Positions 19,008 to 27,934 of a stretch of DNA of 64,000 nucleotides are shown here, one piece after another. Origin of the DNA: an uncultured Candidatus Micrarchaeota archaeon. GTDB lineage: Archaea; Micrarchaeota; Micrarchaeia; Micrarchaeales; Micrarchaeaceae. The notes beneath the pieces were generated by a model. That model worked only from the letters and a program-made list of their open reading frames with translations. It was not told the origin of the DNA and ran no database searches. Within the stretch, counting starts at the first letter, position 1. Each line of letters begins with the position of its first letter. The position numbers and the translations under genes are program-made. Where the stretch lies: positions 160,001 to 224,000 of the forward strand of contig CAVUGN010000002.1 of the NCBI GenBank assembly GCA_963741095.1, given 5' to 3'.

Positions 19008-20267
19008 ATGCTAACATTATCGAAAGGGGGCAAGGCGAAGGGCCAGATAAAAACCAAGCCCGAGGACTTCATCGTCGAGGAGATAACAAAGAACGGCGCA
19101 GTCCTCGAGATGGGCAAGAAATATCTCCCGGAAGAGCTGGGCTTCACACCGTCACCGGAAGGCAACATATCGCTTTTCATCATGCAGAAAAAAGGGTGGA
19201 ACACCCTGCAGGCGCTGAAGGAGCTTGCGAGGAAGTTGAGGCGCGGCATAAAATCCACGGGCTTCGCCGGTACCAAGGACAGGATGTCCATATCGGTGCA
19301 GCTGTGCAGCATCTTCGGAGCCACCCCGGAAGAGCTCGCAAGCGTTCACCTGAAGGACGTCTCGATAAACGGCGCATGGAAGGCTCCAGAAAAGATGAAG
19401 CTGGGCGATCTTCTGGGCAACAGGTTCACCGTGATCGCCAGAGATGTACAAGATGCAGACAACTTCGATGCGATAACGGATGAACTCAACGGGGTGTTCC
19501 CAAATTATTTCGGCGTGCAGCGCTTCGGCATACGCGACAACAACGTCGACATAGGCGTGAGCATGATGAAGGGCGATTTCGAAGGTGCGGTGAAGAACTT
19601 CCTCACAAACACGAACAACGAGACGAACGAAGAGGCCGTCGAAGCAAGAAAGAGGCTGCAGGATGACATGGACTTCAACAAGGCCCTGCAGTACTTTCCG
19701 CAGTACCTGAAGTATGAAAGGCAGGTCATCGAGCACCTCACAAGATTCCCCGGCGAATATTCGAACGCATTGAGAAGACTGCCGAGGTCGCTTGCTTTGA
19801 TGTTCGTGCATTCGGTCGAAGCGCACATCTTCAACAGAGAACTAGAGTACCGCCTATCGAAAGGCGAGACTGAGCCCATGAGCGGCGACATGATATCCTA
19901 TCCTAACAAGTACGGCTTCTGCGACCTCTCGACGATGGAAAGATACGAAGAAAAAAGCAGAAACGAGAAGGCGTTCATAGTCGGCAGTGTGATCGGATAC
20001 GACACCAAGTACACGAGCGAATTCGGAGCCAGGATACTTGACGAATTGGGCATAAAACCAGAGTCGTTCAAGGTCAAGGGCATGAACGAGTTGAATTCGA
20101 AGGGTTCGCCAAGGGCTCTTTTCGCGCCGTGCAAAGATCTGCAGCACACCGTAAACAGCGAAGACGGATCTGCGGTTTTCAAATTCTCCCTCCAGGCGGG
20201 ATCCTACGCGACCGTATTCCTCGATGAATTCATCAGCGGCGTGCAGCAGCAGAATCAAGATGCTTAA
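19008..20267 (+). CDS. truD: tRNA pseudouridine(13) synthase
   Basis: PEDFIVEE, AGTKD, GNRF, PNYFG.QRFG, GSYAT. Confidence 0.95.
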   Translation: MLTLSKGGKAKGQIKTKPEDFIVEEITKNGAVLEMGKKYLPEELGFTPSPEGNISLFIMQKKGWNTLQALKELARKLRRGIKSTGFAGTKDRMSISVQLCSIFGATPEELASVHLKDVSINGAWKAPEKMKLGDLLGNRFTVIARDVQDADNFDAITDELNGVFPNYFGVQRFGIRDNNVDIGVSMMKGDFEGAVKNFLTNTNNETNEEAVEARKRLQDDMDFNKALQYFPQYLKYERQVIEHLTRFPGEYSNALRRLPRSLALMFVHSVEAHIFNRELEYRLSKGETEPMSGDMISYPNKYGFCDLSTMERYEEKSRNEKAFIVGSVIGYDTKYTSEFGARILDELGIKPESFKVKGMNELNSKGSPRALFAPCKDLQHTVNSEDGSAVFKFSLQAGSYATVFLDEFISGVQQQNQDA

Positions 20268-20275
20268 GACACGGA

Positions 20276-20725
20276 TCAAATAAAATTCGGATCAGCCAGC
20301 TTCTTCCTGAGCTTGGTGCTTTTGAACGACCTGACGTTGTCCTTTGCCTTTATCAGCGCTATCCTTGACTTCAGGCCGTTCTCATCGAGCCATTCCTTCA
20401 AGCCTTTGAAACCTATCCGCTGATCATACCCAAGCGCTATGACATTGGGCCTGTATTCCTTCAGCACCCTGTACATATCCTCGGTGTCGGAGAGCCTGTT
20501 GCCCAGCACCACCTTGTCGACCATCTTCAATGAACCGACAATCTCGAGCCTTGCCCTCTCCTCGAGCACCGCCCTCCTGTGCTTGAACTTCTCTATGCTG
20601 CTGTCTCTTGCCACAACGACTATCAAACGGTCCCCCAGCCGCTTTGCCTTCCTCAGATAGAGAAGATGGCCCGGGTGTATCAGATCAAAGCACCCGAAAG
20701 CCATCACTACCTTTGCCCTGTGCAT
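20276..20725 (-). CDS. ribL: archaeal FAD synthase (cytidylyltransferase family)
   Basis: GCFDLIHPGH, VVVARD, IALGYDQ. Confidence 0.85.
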   Translation of the reverse strand: MHRAKVVMAFGCFDLIHPGHLLYLRKAKRLGDRLIVVVARDSSIEKFKHRRAVLEERARLEIVGSLKMVDKVVLGNRLSDTEDMYRVLKEYRPNVIALGYDQRIGFKGLKEWLDENGLKSRIALIKAKDNVRSFKSTKLRKKLADPNFI

Positions 20726-20745
20726 CCAAATCAATCCAATCAATT

Positions 20746-20829
20746 CGCTGGGGCTGGGATTTGAACCCAGAATTCCTTGCGGAAACCAGTTTTCGGGACT
20801 GGCGCGTTACCTGATTCTGCCACCCCAGC
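20746..20829 (-). tRNA. tRNA-Ser(CGA), long variable arm, unusual C33
   Basis: GCTGGGG/CCCCAGC acceptor stem, G73, CCAGT/ACTGG stem with loop CCCGAAA, TTCC-GCAA-GGAA variable arm. Confidence 0.9.
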
Positions 20830-20909
20830 TTGTAGGTCGATAAACCATTTATAAGCTTTAGCGATTAATATATCTTTAAGCTTTTGCGTAAGCAATCGGC
20901 GAGATAAAA

Positions 20910-22472
20910 ATGAAATTTGAGAACGAAGGAATAGGTGGAAGCCTCTCCCTTAGGATGTTCACCGTATTCTTATTCATCATTCTAGCGCTGAGCGGGGCCG
21001 CATTCGCGGTGTACATGCTAGTCACCTCATCTAACATAGTAACTCTTATGCTTGCGGTTGCATTCCTGATGCTCGCGATTGTGAGCGGATTCTTCAACGT
21101 GACCTCCGCGATGCTCTATTACAGGTCGTACTTCTACTACAAGCACATCAATGAGATAAGCTCCGGGCTGAAGCCGATGCGAAAATTCCCCACCGTAGCC
21201 ATGGTAGTTCCCGTGTACAACGAGGATGTAGAGATGGTGAAGAGGAATCTGCTACGCCTGAAGAGGATCAACTACCCAAAAGACAGGATCAAGTTCTACC
21301 TGCTTGATGACTCGACGAAAAAGGACACCATAGCATCGCTCCAGGAGTTCAGCGTCAAGAATGGAGTAACGTTCATGCACCGCGATGACAGGTCCGGCTT
21401 CAAGGCTGGTGCGCTCAACAACCTGCTGAAATCCTCGAAAGAGGAACTCATCGCGATATTCGACGCCGACGAGTACCTCACCGACAAGCGTTTCCTACTT
21501 GAGCTGGTTCCGTACTTTGCGGACAAGCAGCTCGGATATGTGCAAACGAGGAAGAGCAGCTTCAACGGCACCTTCTTCTCCGACTCTGTGAAACTTTTCG
21601 ACGATTTCTTCTACACCTTCATACAGCCGTCGCGCGCCTTCAACAACACCGCCATATTTGCGGGCTCGTGCGGTATAATAAAGCGCGAGGCATTGGACAA
21701 GGTCGGCGGCTTCCCGGAGTACGTAGTGGAGGACACCTTCTTCAGCTTCGAGGCGGACGTCAATAACTACAAGGGCCTGTACATACCGAAGATATATGCG
21801 TATGGCATGCCGATAACCACCTTCACCGCCCTGGCAAGGCAGCAATGGCGCTACAACTACGGCGACACGCAGTTCCTTGGCTATTTCTTCAACAAGGTCC
21901 TCAACAGAGAGGTCAAACTGGAATCGCGCATCTCGAAAGTGGACTACTTGACGCACGGTTTCGGCCTCAACTACCTCTCAGTAATGCTCGTGCTGATGAC
22001 TCTGGTATCCGTTCTCATCGTGTTCTCGAACTTTGCGTTCACGCACATGTCCGTGTCGCAGCTGTTCATGGCATGGAACATGCAGCAGTTCGTTGAGGTG
22101 TTCGGGTTCGTCGCGTTCATACTGTCGCTCATGGTGCCAGTCATATTGACCAAGGTGTACTTCAAGTCCATAAGCCGGGGCATGATGCTCTTCGTGCTAA
22201 ACTTCGCTCTCGCGATAGTCAGGTTCAAGGCCGCAATCGCCGCAGTTATCGGGATGAGCCCCGCCATGCACTGGCACAGGGCCAACGACCTCAGCAGGCA
22301 CAGCGCCAGCTTCTCGATATTCAACTCTCTGGCCGAGATATGTCTCTCCTCGGTGCTCATCGGAGCGGCATGCCTCGCGCTGTACCTCAACAACATCGCG
22401 GGCAGCATATGGCTCATCTGGTACGGCGTGATGTACATGGCGGCGACGGTGCTATTCTACAGGTATGGTTGA
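20910..22472 (+). CDS. processive membrane glycosyltransferase family 2 (cellulose synthase catalytic subunit-like)
   Basis: PVYNE, LLDDS, KAGALN, FDAD, VQT, GS, ED, QQWRY (QxxRW variant), multiple TM helices. Confidence 0.88.
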   Translation: MKFENEGIGGSLSLRMFTVFLFIILALSGAAFAVYMLVTSSNIVTLMLAVAFLMLAIVSGFFNVTSAMLYYRSYFYYKHINEISSGLKPMRKFPTVAMVVPVYNEDVEMVKRNLLRLKRINYPKDRIKFYLLDDSTKKDTIASLQEFSVKNGVTFMHRDDRSGFKAGALNNLLKSSKEELIAIFDADEYLTDKRFLLELVPYFADKQLGYVQTRKSSFNGTFFSDSVKLFDDFFYTFIQPSRAFNNTAIFAGSCGIIKREALDKVGGFPEYVVEDTFFSFEADVNNYKGLYIPKIYAYGMPITTFTALARQQWRYNYGDTQFLGYFFNKVLNREVKLESRISKVDYLTHGFGLNYLSVMLVLMTLVSVLIVFSNFAFTHMSVSQLFMAWNMQQFVEVFGFVAFILSLMVPVILTKVYFKSISRGMMLFVLNFALAIVRFKAAIAAVIGMSPAMHWHRANDLSRHSASFSIFNSLAEICLSSVLIGAACLALYLNNIAGSIWLIWYGVMYMAATVLFYRYG

Positions 22473-22781
22473 ATGATATACTTCAAAAAACACAGGACGG
22501 AGAACGGCGCGATAATAGCCATGTGCGACTCTGAGCTCATCGACAAGGTCCTGCAGGAGGGCGTGATCGAGTTAAACCTGAAGGACTACTCCTCGTTCTA
22601 CAAGGGCGAACTGCTCACCGAGGTGCAGGCAAAGGCCCTGATAAATCCGAAGGAGATATTCTCCGCCAACGTGGTTGGCAGCAAGTCTGTTGAGGTCGCG
22701 ATGAGCAGCGCGATAATAGAAAAGGGCCACATCAAAACGATAAACCGCGTGCCCTACGCTCAGGCATTCAAGGTAAAGTGA
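22473..22781 (+). CDS. DUF424 family protein
   Basis: IAMCD.ELI, FY.GE, ANVVG..SV, VPYAQ. Confidence 0.9.
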   Translation: MIYFKKHRTENGAIIAMCDSELIDKVLQEGVIELNLKDYSSFYKGELLTEVQAKALINPKEIFSANVVGSKSVEVAMSSAIIEKGHIKTINRVPYAQAFKVK

Positions 22782-22790
22782 TCGACCAGA

Positions 22791-23144
22791 CTAAGCTTTG
22801 GCGTCGACCGTGAGGCTCAGTATTGCCCTGGCGATGTCCCCGCCCTCCTTTTCCAACGTTCCTCTTATCAACTCCCTGTCGGTTATCCCTGTCCGCTCCG
22901 CGACGAAATCTATGTCGCTGTCGGTGATCTTCACCTCGACCGCCTTTTCGGCTTCGGTAACGTTCCCACCTATCTGGAAGCTCGTATTTCCCTGCATCTC
23001 TATCCTGGTGACCTGCGGATCCTCTATTATTATGGTCTTTTCCGGGGTCTCTATGATGACCCTGCTCGCCTCTATCTCTTCAGACTTTATGCCCATCTTT
23101 GACATCATGTTCTTCATGGTCCTAGGGTCTATGTTCGGCATCAT
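22791..23144 (-). CDS. nac: nascent polypeptide-associated complex protein
   Basis: DPR.MK.MM.KMGI, I.ASRVII, P.V, FQI.G, C-terminal UBA GDIA.AIL.L. Confidence 0.95.
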   Translation of the reverse strand: MMPNIDPRTMKNMMSKMGIKSEEIEASRVIIETPEKTIIIEDPQVTRIEMQGNTSFQIGGNVTEAEKAVEVKITDSDIDFVAERTGITDRELIRGTLEKEGGDIARAILSLTVDAKA

Positions 23145-23213
23145 GCTATCATCAAGTTCATCCGGTTATTGAACACTTTTATATATGCTCACCAAATATA
23201 ATAAAGTTGCATC

Positions 23214-23804
23214 ATGAATCGGGAGTGCAAAGTGATTGGATTGTCCGACAAGATAAAGATATTGGGGATTGCAGGCAGCCTGAGAAAAGGCTCATACAAC
23301 ATGGCTGTGCTTAGATCCGCAGCGGAGCTTGTTCCGCAGAATGCCGAACTCAAGATTTTCGACCTTAATGGAATACCCGTATTCAACCAGGATATGGAAA
23401 GCCCGCTGCCCGAACGCGTGAGGGAATTCAAGATTGAGATAATGGCTGCCGATGCGATACTCATCGCAACTCCAGAATACAACCATTCCATGCCTGGTGT
23501 CCTAAAGAACGCACTGGACTGGGCATCAAGGCCATACGGAAACAACTCCTTCGAAGGGAAACCGGTCGCGATCATGAGCGCTTCAGAAGGCATGGTGGGC
23601 GGCGAGCGGGCGCAGGGGCCGCTCAGGCAGGTCTTCGTCTATCTTGACATGCATCCGATAAACAAGCCGGAAGTCCTCATAGCGAACGTGAGCAAGAAGA
23701 TCGATGCGAGCGGAAAGCTCATAGACGAAGACACGAAAGAGCACGTAAAGAAGCTGCTCGACGCGCTGGTCAAATGGACTCTCAGATTGCAGGCAAGGGA
23801 CTGA
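23214..23804 (+). CDS. NADPH-dependent FMN reductase
   Basis: GSLRKGSYN, ATPEYNHSMPGVLKNALDWASRP; real start probably the TTG near 23241. Confidence 0.93.
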   Translation: MNRECKVIGLSDKIKILGIAGSLRKGSYNMAVLRSAAELVPQNAELKIFDLNGIPVFNQDMESPLPERVREFKIEIMAADAILIATPEYNHSMPGVLKNALDWASRPYGNNSFEGKPVAIMSASEGMVGGERAQGPLRQVFVYLDMHPINKPEVLIANVSKKIDASGKLIDEDTKEHVKKLLDALVKWTLRLQARD

Positions 23805-23817
23805 TGCCTTCTCCTCT

Positions 23818-24522
23818 TTACGGCGTATCGTTCACAGTCGCATCTATCAGTGTGCTCTGGTTTACGTAAAAGGCTGGATCAGAGGTCAGTAGCGTCAATA
23901 CCGTGTAATTATCCTTCCATCCTACGATTGCCTGGAAGTTCGTGGTGCCATTCTCATACCTCTCATACGTGTAATTCAACCCGTGTGCAGTTCCGTACTC
24001 TGTCTGCGGCGGAGTGCTGAAAGATTGCGATAGCGATGACGCGATGCTGCCGAAGATCTCTGGCGCATTGTAAGTCCTCATGACGTAAAACTCTATGCTC
24101 GCATTTCTCGTGGCATTCTGCCCCTGGATGAACGTGCCCCACCCCTCCGTTACGTTGTCTGCGGCCTCATTCGTAAGGCTTTCGATTATCGTTATGTTAA
24201 GCGTCGAATTCGGATTGAACAGATCGGAAGTCGTATAGTTCGAGATGGCTCCGAGCAATGCGCGTCCCTGATCATAGCCCATGTACACCGGAGTCCCATT
24301 CATCGAACCAAGCGGCGTCTGCGTTGCGGGTCCCTCAAGCGATTGAATCAACAAGTACAAACCCACCAAGACCACCACGGCCACAGCGGCAACGATTATG
24401 TAGAGTATCAACTTGCTTCCAGTTCTCTGGGCCGAACTGCTCGGTGCAATGTTGTTAGCGTTTGCAGGATTGCTCTGGTCAGTTTGTGAGTCCGTCTGTA
24501 CGGGACTCGTTTTTCTAGGCAT
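23818..24522 (-). CDS. single-TM membrane-anchored surface glycoprotein, function unknown
   Basis: one hydrophobic helix followed by an S/T/N-rich domain with about 12 N-x-S/T sequons. Confidence 0.75.
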   Translation of the reverse strand: MPRKTSPVQTDSQTDQSNPANANNIAPSSSAQRTGSKLILYIIVAAVAVVVLVGLYLLIQSLEGPATQTPLGSMNGTPVYMGYDQGRALLGAISNYTTSDLFNPNSTLNITIIESLTNEAADNVTEGWGTFIQGQNATRNASIEFYVMRTYNAPEIFGSIASSLSQSFSTPPQTEYGTAHGLNYTYERYENGTTNFQAIVGWKDNYTVLTLLTSDPAFYVNQSTLIDATVNDTP

Positions 24523-24588
24523 AAACGCTATTGTGCACTTCAAACATTTTAATACTTCGGTAACATTTCGGTTTTACCTAGCCGATAG

Positions 24589-25698
24589 CTACGCCATCCT
24601 TAAAGAAGCATTATGCGCCTTTTCCAGGATCGCTTGCTTACCCAAAAACGCGCCGTATCTTTCCGCAGCCACTGCAATAGCATCCAAACACTCTGCGCTT
24701 ATCCTACCGAACGGTTTCAACTTGACATCGACATTCTCGCCATTAAACGCGCGCTTCCAAGTGCCAACCACCTGGCCATCAACCAGAACAATCGGCAAGA
24801 ACATGCCATTACCTCCTGGAACCACCCTTTGTGCATGCCTGGCATTCAGCACTGCCCTCCGATCCTTGTACCCTATAAGATACTCATCAAAAGCCGGCAG
24901 CAGATGGGCGGTCGGCGACGCGCCATGCGGCTCTGCGATATCCTCGGACATCCAGTAATCGATGCCATCGATTGTTTCTTGCGACAGCTGCGAAGAGGCC
25001 ATCTCAATGCCCGCTCTCGCATCAGCCACCTTCAAACCCGACCACCACACAAAATCCTTGAATGTGGCAGGTCCGTGGCCGACGAAGTATCTTTTTGCCA
25101 TCGTGGCCAACGCCTCTTCGCGCTTCAATGCGCTACTTTTCGGCACCCAATCCTCAAGCAAGGTGAATGTCGGCTGCCTGCCGCTGTTTGGTCCGAAGCA
25201 TATGAGCCCATCACGTGCAGCACTGAAAAGAATATGGCGCTGTACGTTGTGCTTTTTGAACGCCGCGATCCCAGAATCCTCAAAAACATGTGATATCTCA
25301 TCACGAGTCAGACGTCCTTGCCGTTCAAACGCACCCAGAAGCGCCTCTCTGCCCTTCCTAAAGGTTGACTCGTTCAATCCAATGCGCCTTTGATAGTCCG
25401 GTGTTTTGCGTTCCTTCAGGAGATTCAGCATCCATCGTATATCCCTTGATGAAACGAAATGCAGAGTCCCGCGGATCGGCCAGCTTCGCACTATCTTTTT
25501 CTGGGCAATCGCCCGTTCGACCATTGCTTGGGTAGATCCGGGCAATCGAAGTCCGATAGCCCAAAGTGCGGCCAGATAATCCTGCGCCTGCATTGCACCA
25601 AGAAGAGACACAACCTCCTCCGGTCTTTTCGACCTGGTGTGCGAAATCTGCTGGCTAATCAATCTGTAGCTTGAGATATCCTGTTGCCTCATCCACAA
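24589..25698 (-). CDS. AlkZ/HTH_42 family winged-helix DNA glycosylase
   Basis: GAMQAQD (QxQ), RGTLH, RYFVGHGPAT..DF.WWSG, LLPAFDEYLIGYKDR, VVGTW. Confidence 0.88.
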   Translation of the reverse strand: MWMRQQDISSYRLISQQISHTRSKRPEEVVSLLGAMQAQDYLAALWAIGLRLPGSTQAMVERAIAQKKIVRSWPIRGTLHFVSSRDIRWMLNLLKERKTPDYQRRIGLNESTFRKGREALLGAFERQGRLTRDEISHVFEDSGIAAFKKHNVQRHILFSAARDGLICFGPNSGRQPTFTLLEDWVPKSSALKREEALATMAKRYFVGHGPATFKDFVWWSGLKVADARAGIEMASSQLSQETIDGIDYWMSEDIAEPHGASPTAHLLPAFDEYLIGYKDRRAVLNARHAQRVVPGGNGMFLPIVLVDGQVVGTWKRAFNGENVDVKLKPFGRISAECLDAIAVAAERYGAFLGKQAILEKAHNASLRMA

Positions 25699-25705
25699 TC
25701 AGACT

Positions 25706-27742
25706 CTAGCTTTTTATTCCGAGCTGCCAGAATAGGAACGCGTACATATCTGCAGTTTCCTCCGCAGCCACATTGATGCTCATTCCGAAACCATGTCCCA
25801 TCTTAGGCTGGGTTCTCAGAAGCACTAGATTATCCTTGTTGTAATCGATCATCTCCGCAGCCATTTTGCGCGCGTGCATTGGACCGACCCGTGTGTCATT
25901 ATCCGCTGACATGAACAACACCGCCGGGTATTGCTGCTCTTTTTTCACGTTATGGTACGGGGAATATCTCAGTAGAAACCTGAATTCGCTCTCTTTTTCG
26001 GGATTGCCGTACTCCGTGATCCAGACGGGCCCACCCGCAATCTTATGGTACCTCAGCATGTCCAACAGAGGCGCAGAGCACACAACTGCCTTGAACAGAT
26101 CCGGGCGCTGCACCATGCAGGCTGCCACAAGCAAACCTCCGTTGCTACCTCCAACTATTCCAAGCTTGTCCCTGTTCGTGTACTTGTTCGAGATAAGCCA
26201 TTCAGCCGCAGATATAAAATCATCGAACACATTCTGCTTTTTGGCCATCATCCCTGCCCTGTGCCAATCCTCTCCGAACTCACCACCTCCCCGTAAATTC
26301 GCAATCGCGTAAACCCCTCCGTGCTCTAAAACCGTAATGATGCTTGCAGAGAAGTCTGGCAAGTACGAAAGCCCAAAACCACCATACCCGGAAAGCACAA
26401 CAGGATTCTTCCCATCCAATTGCACCCCCTTCTGGCTCACTATGAACATCGGTATCTCAGTCCCATCCCTGGATTTGTACCACACCTGCTTGGTCTCGAA
26501 CTTTCCAGTATCCACACCTACGTTATTCTTCTCGAGCTCTGCCAGTTTCATCTTTTCAAGGTCAAATTTATAGTGAACGCCGGGATTCGTAAATGATTCG
26601 AACATGAAAAACATATCCTTGCTGTCGAGTGCCCCACCAAAATTTGACGCGGTGCCCAATCCGGGCAGGCGCACTTCCTTCAGATGCTTGCCTTCAAGGT
26701 CGCAAACAAAAATTCTCGAATGAACGTCGCTCAGGTACCTCAAACAAAGCTTGTTGTCGATAATCCTAAAATCCTCTAAAATATCCTTGCCCTGCGGGAC
26801 TATCTCCCGCCATGCCGATTCTTCGGGCTTGTTGACATCGATCTTTATTACGCGCCATTTGGGCGCTTTATAATCCGTTATCACATATGCACTTTCACCG
26901 ATTATTGCCGCATAGAACTTCGCATCCTTCCCCACTATGAGGGGCCTTATGTCAGAACCAGTTTCAATGTTCTTGTAATAGACCTCGTTTTTCTCGAATC
27001 CGAGCATCTTATCTATGGTCAGATACTTCGAACCCGACTCTATGTCCACGCCAAAGTAAACGTCCGTGGGCAAATCCTTTCCAAAAACTGGGGTGTCTTC
27101 CTTAAAATTATTGCCCAGTTTGTGCAAGTATATGAGGTGGGTGTACTCTACATCACTCTTAACGCCTGGCTCGGGCCATGTCGTGTAATAAAAACCAGAA
27201 CCGTCGTTAAGCCACGCGACGCTCGAGTATCTGACCGACGGTATCACGTCTTTCAGCAGCTTACCTGATTCCAGGTCCAAAACATAAAATGTCACTCTGT
27301 CGCTTCCATCCTTCGATGTCGAGTACGCAATTTTCTTACCATCCTTTGAAACATAAATGTTGAACAAAGATATGCTTCCATCCTCGCTGAATTTGTTCGG
27401 ATCAATTGCGACCTTCTCCTCCCCATCAAGGCCGTCACGGCGATAGAACACGGGGAATTTCTGCCCAGGCTCCTGCTTCATCTGGAAATATCTGTACAAT
27501 CCCGTTTCGGGGTTCTTTCTCACGACAGATATGTGGTGAATGCGCTTCTCATTCAGGGCAATAACGCGGTCCCGAATCTCCTCCCTGAAAGGGAGCTTGT
27601 TAAGGATCTCCCGTGCGCGTTCATTCTGCCTCTCAACAAACTGCTGCGTGCGCTTGCTGTCGGAGTCTTCCAGCCACCTGTAAGCGTCAACGATCTTCAC
27701 GCCATGCAGCGTCTCGCTCACGGCCTTCTCCTTGCTCACCAT
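25706..27742 (-). CDS. prolyl oligopeptidase (S9A)
   Basis: D.YRWLED, GYGGF, RGGGEFG..WH, GGSNGGLL (Ser), DTRV (Asp), GHG (His). Confidence 0.95.
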   Translation of the reverse strand: MVSKEKAVSETLHGVKIVDAYRWLEDSDSKRTQQFVERQNERAREILNKLPFREEIRDRVIALNEKRIHHISVVRKNPETGLYRYFQMKQEPGQKFPVFYRRDGLDGEEKVAIDPNKFSEDGSISLFNIYVSKDGKKIAYSTSKDGSDRVTFYVLDLESGKLLKDVIPSVRYSSVAWLNDGSGFYYTTWPEPGVKSDVEYTHLIYLHKLGNNFKEDTPVFGKDLPTDVYFGVDIESGSKYLTIDKMLGFEKNEVYYKNIETGSDIRPLIVGKDAKFYAAIIGESAYVITDYKAPKWRVIKIDVNKPEESAWREIVPQGKDILEDFRIIDNKLCLRYLSDVHSRIFVCDLEGKHLKEVRLPGLGTASNFGGALDSKDMFFMFESFTNPGVHYKFDLEKMKLAELEKNNVGVDTGKFETKQVWYKSRDGTEIPMFIVSQKGVQLDGKNPVVLSGYGGFGLSYLPDFSASIITVLEHGGVYAIANLRGGGEFGEDWHRAGMMAKKQNVFDDFISAAEWLISNKYTNRDKLGIVGGSNGGLLVAACMVQRPDLFKAVVCSAPLLDMLRYHKIAGGPVWITEYGNPEKESEFRFLLRYSPYHNVKKEQQYPAVLFMSADNDTRVGPMHARKMAAEMIDYNKDNLVLLRTQPKMGHGFGMSINVAAEETADMYAFLFWQLGIKS

Positions 27743-27796
27743 GCTACCCTATTGTTTATGGTGGAAATAAACTTAAACACTTATTGTAAAAAGAAG

Positions 27797-27868
27797 TGGA
27801 CCCTGCGGGATTCGCACCCGCGACCTTTACGTTGCGAACGTAACGCGCTACTGCTGCGCCAAGGGCCC
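27797..27868 (-). tRNA. tRNA-Ala(CGC) with A18/G55 variant core
   Basis: G3:U70 in GGGCCCT/AGGGTCC, TTACG/CGTAA stem, TT-CGC-AA loop, T-loop TGCGAAT. Confidence 0.9.
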
Positions 27869-27934
27869 GCGCTTGATTATAAAAGCAGCGAACTTTAAAA
27901 TAATATGGGTGTATAGATAAATAACGTTTGCGTT

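Noticed and set aside
20746-20829. Long-arm tRNA as tRNA-Sec or a recoding tRNA
   Set aside because: Anticodon is CGA with a standard 7-bp acceptor and 5-bp T stem; genes in the window terminate normally at TGA, TAG and TAA.
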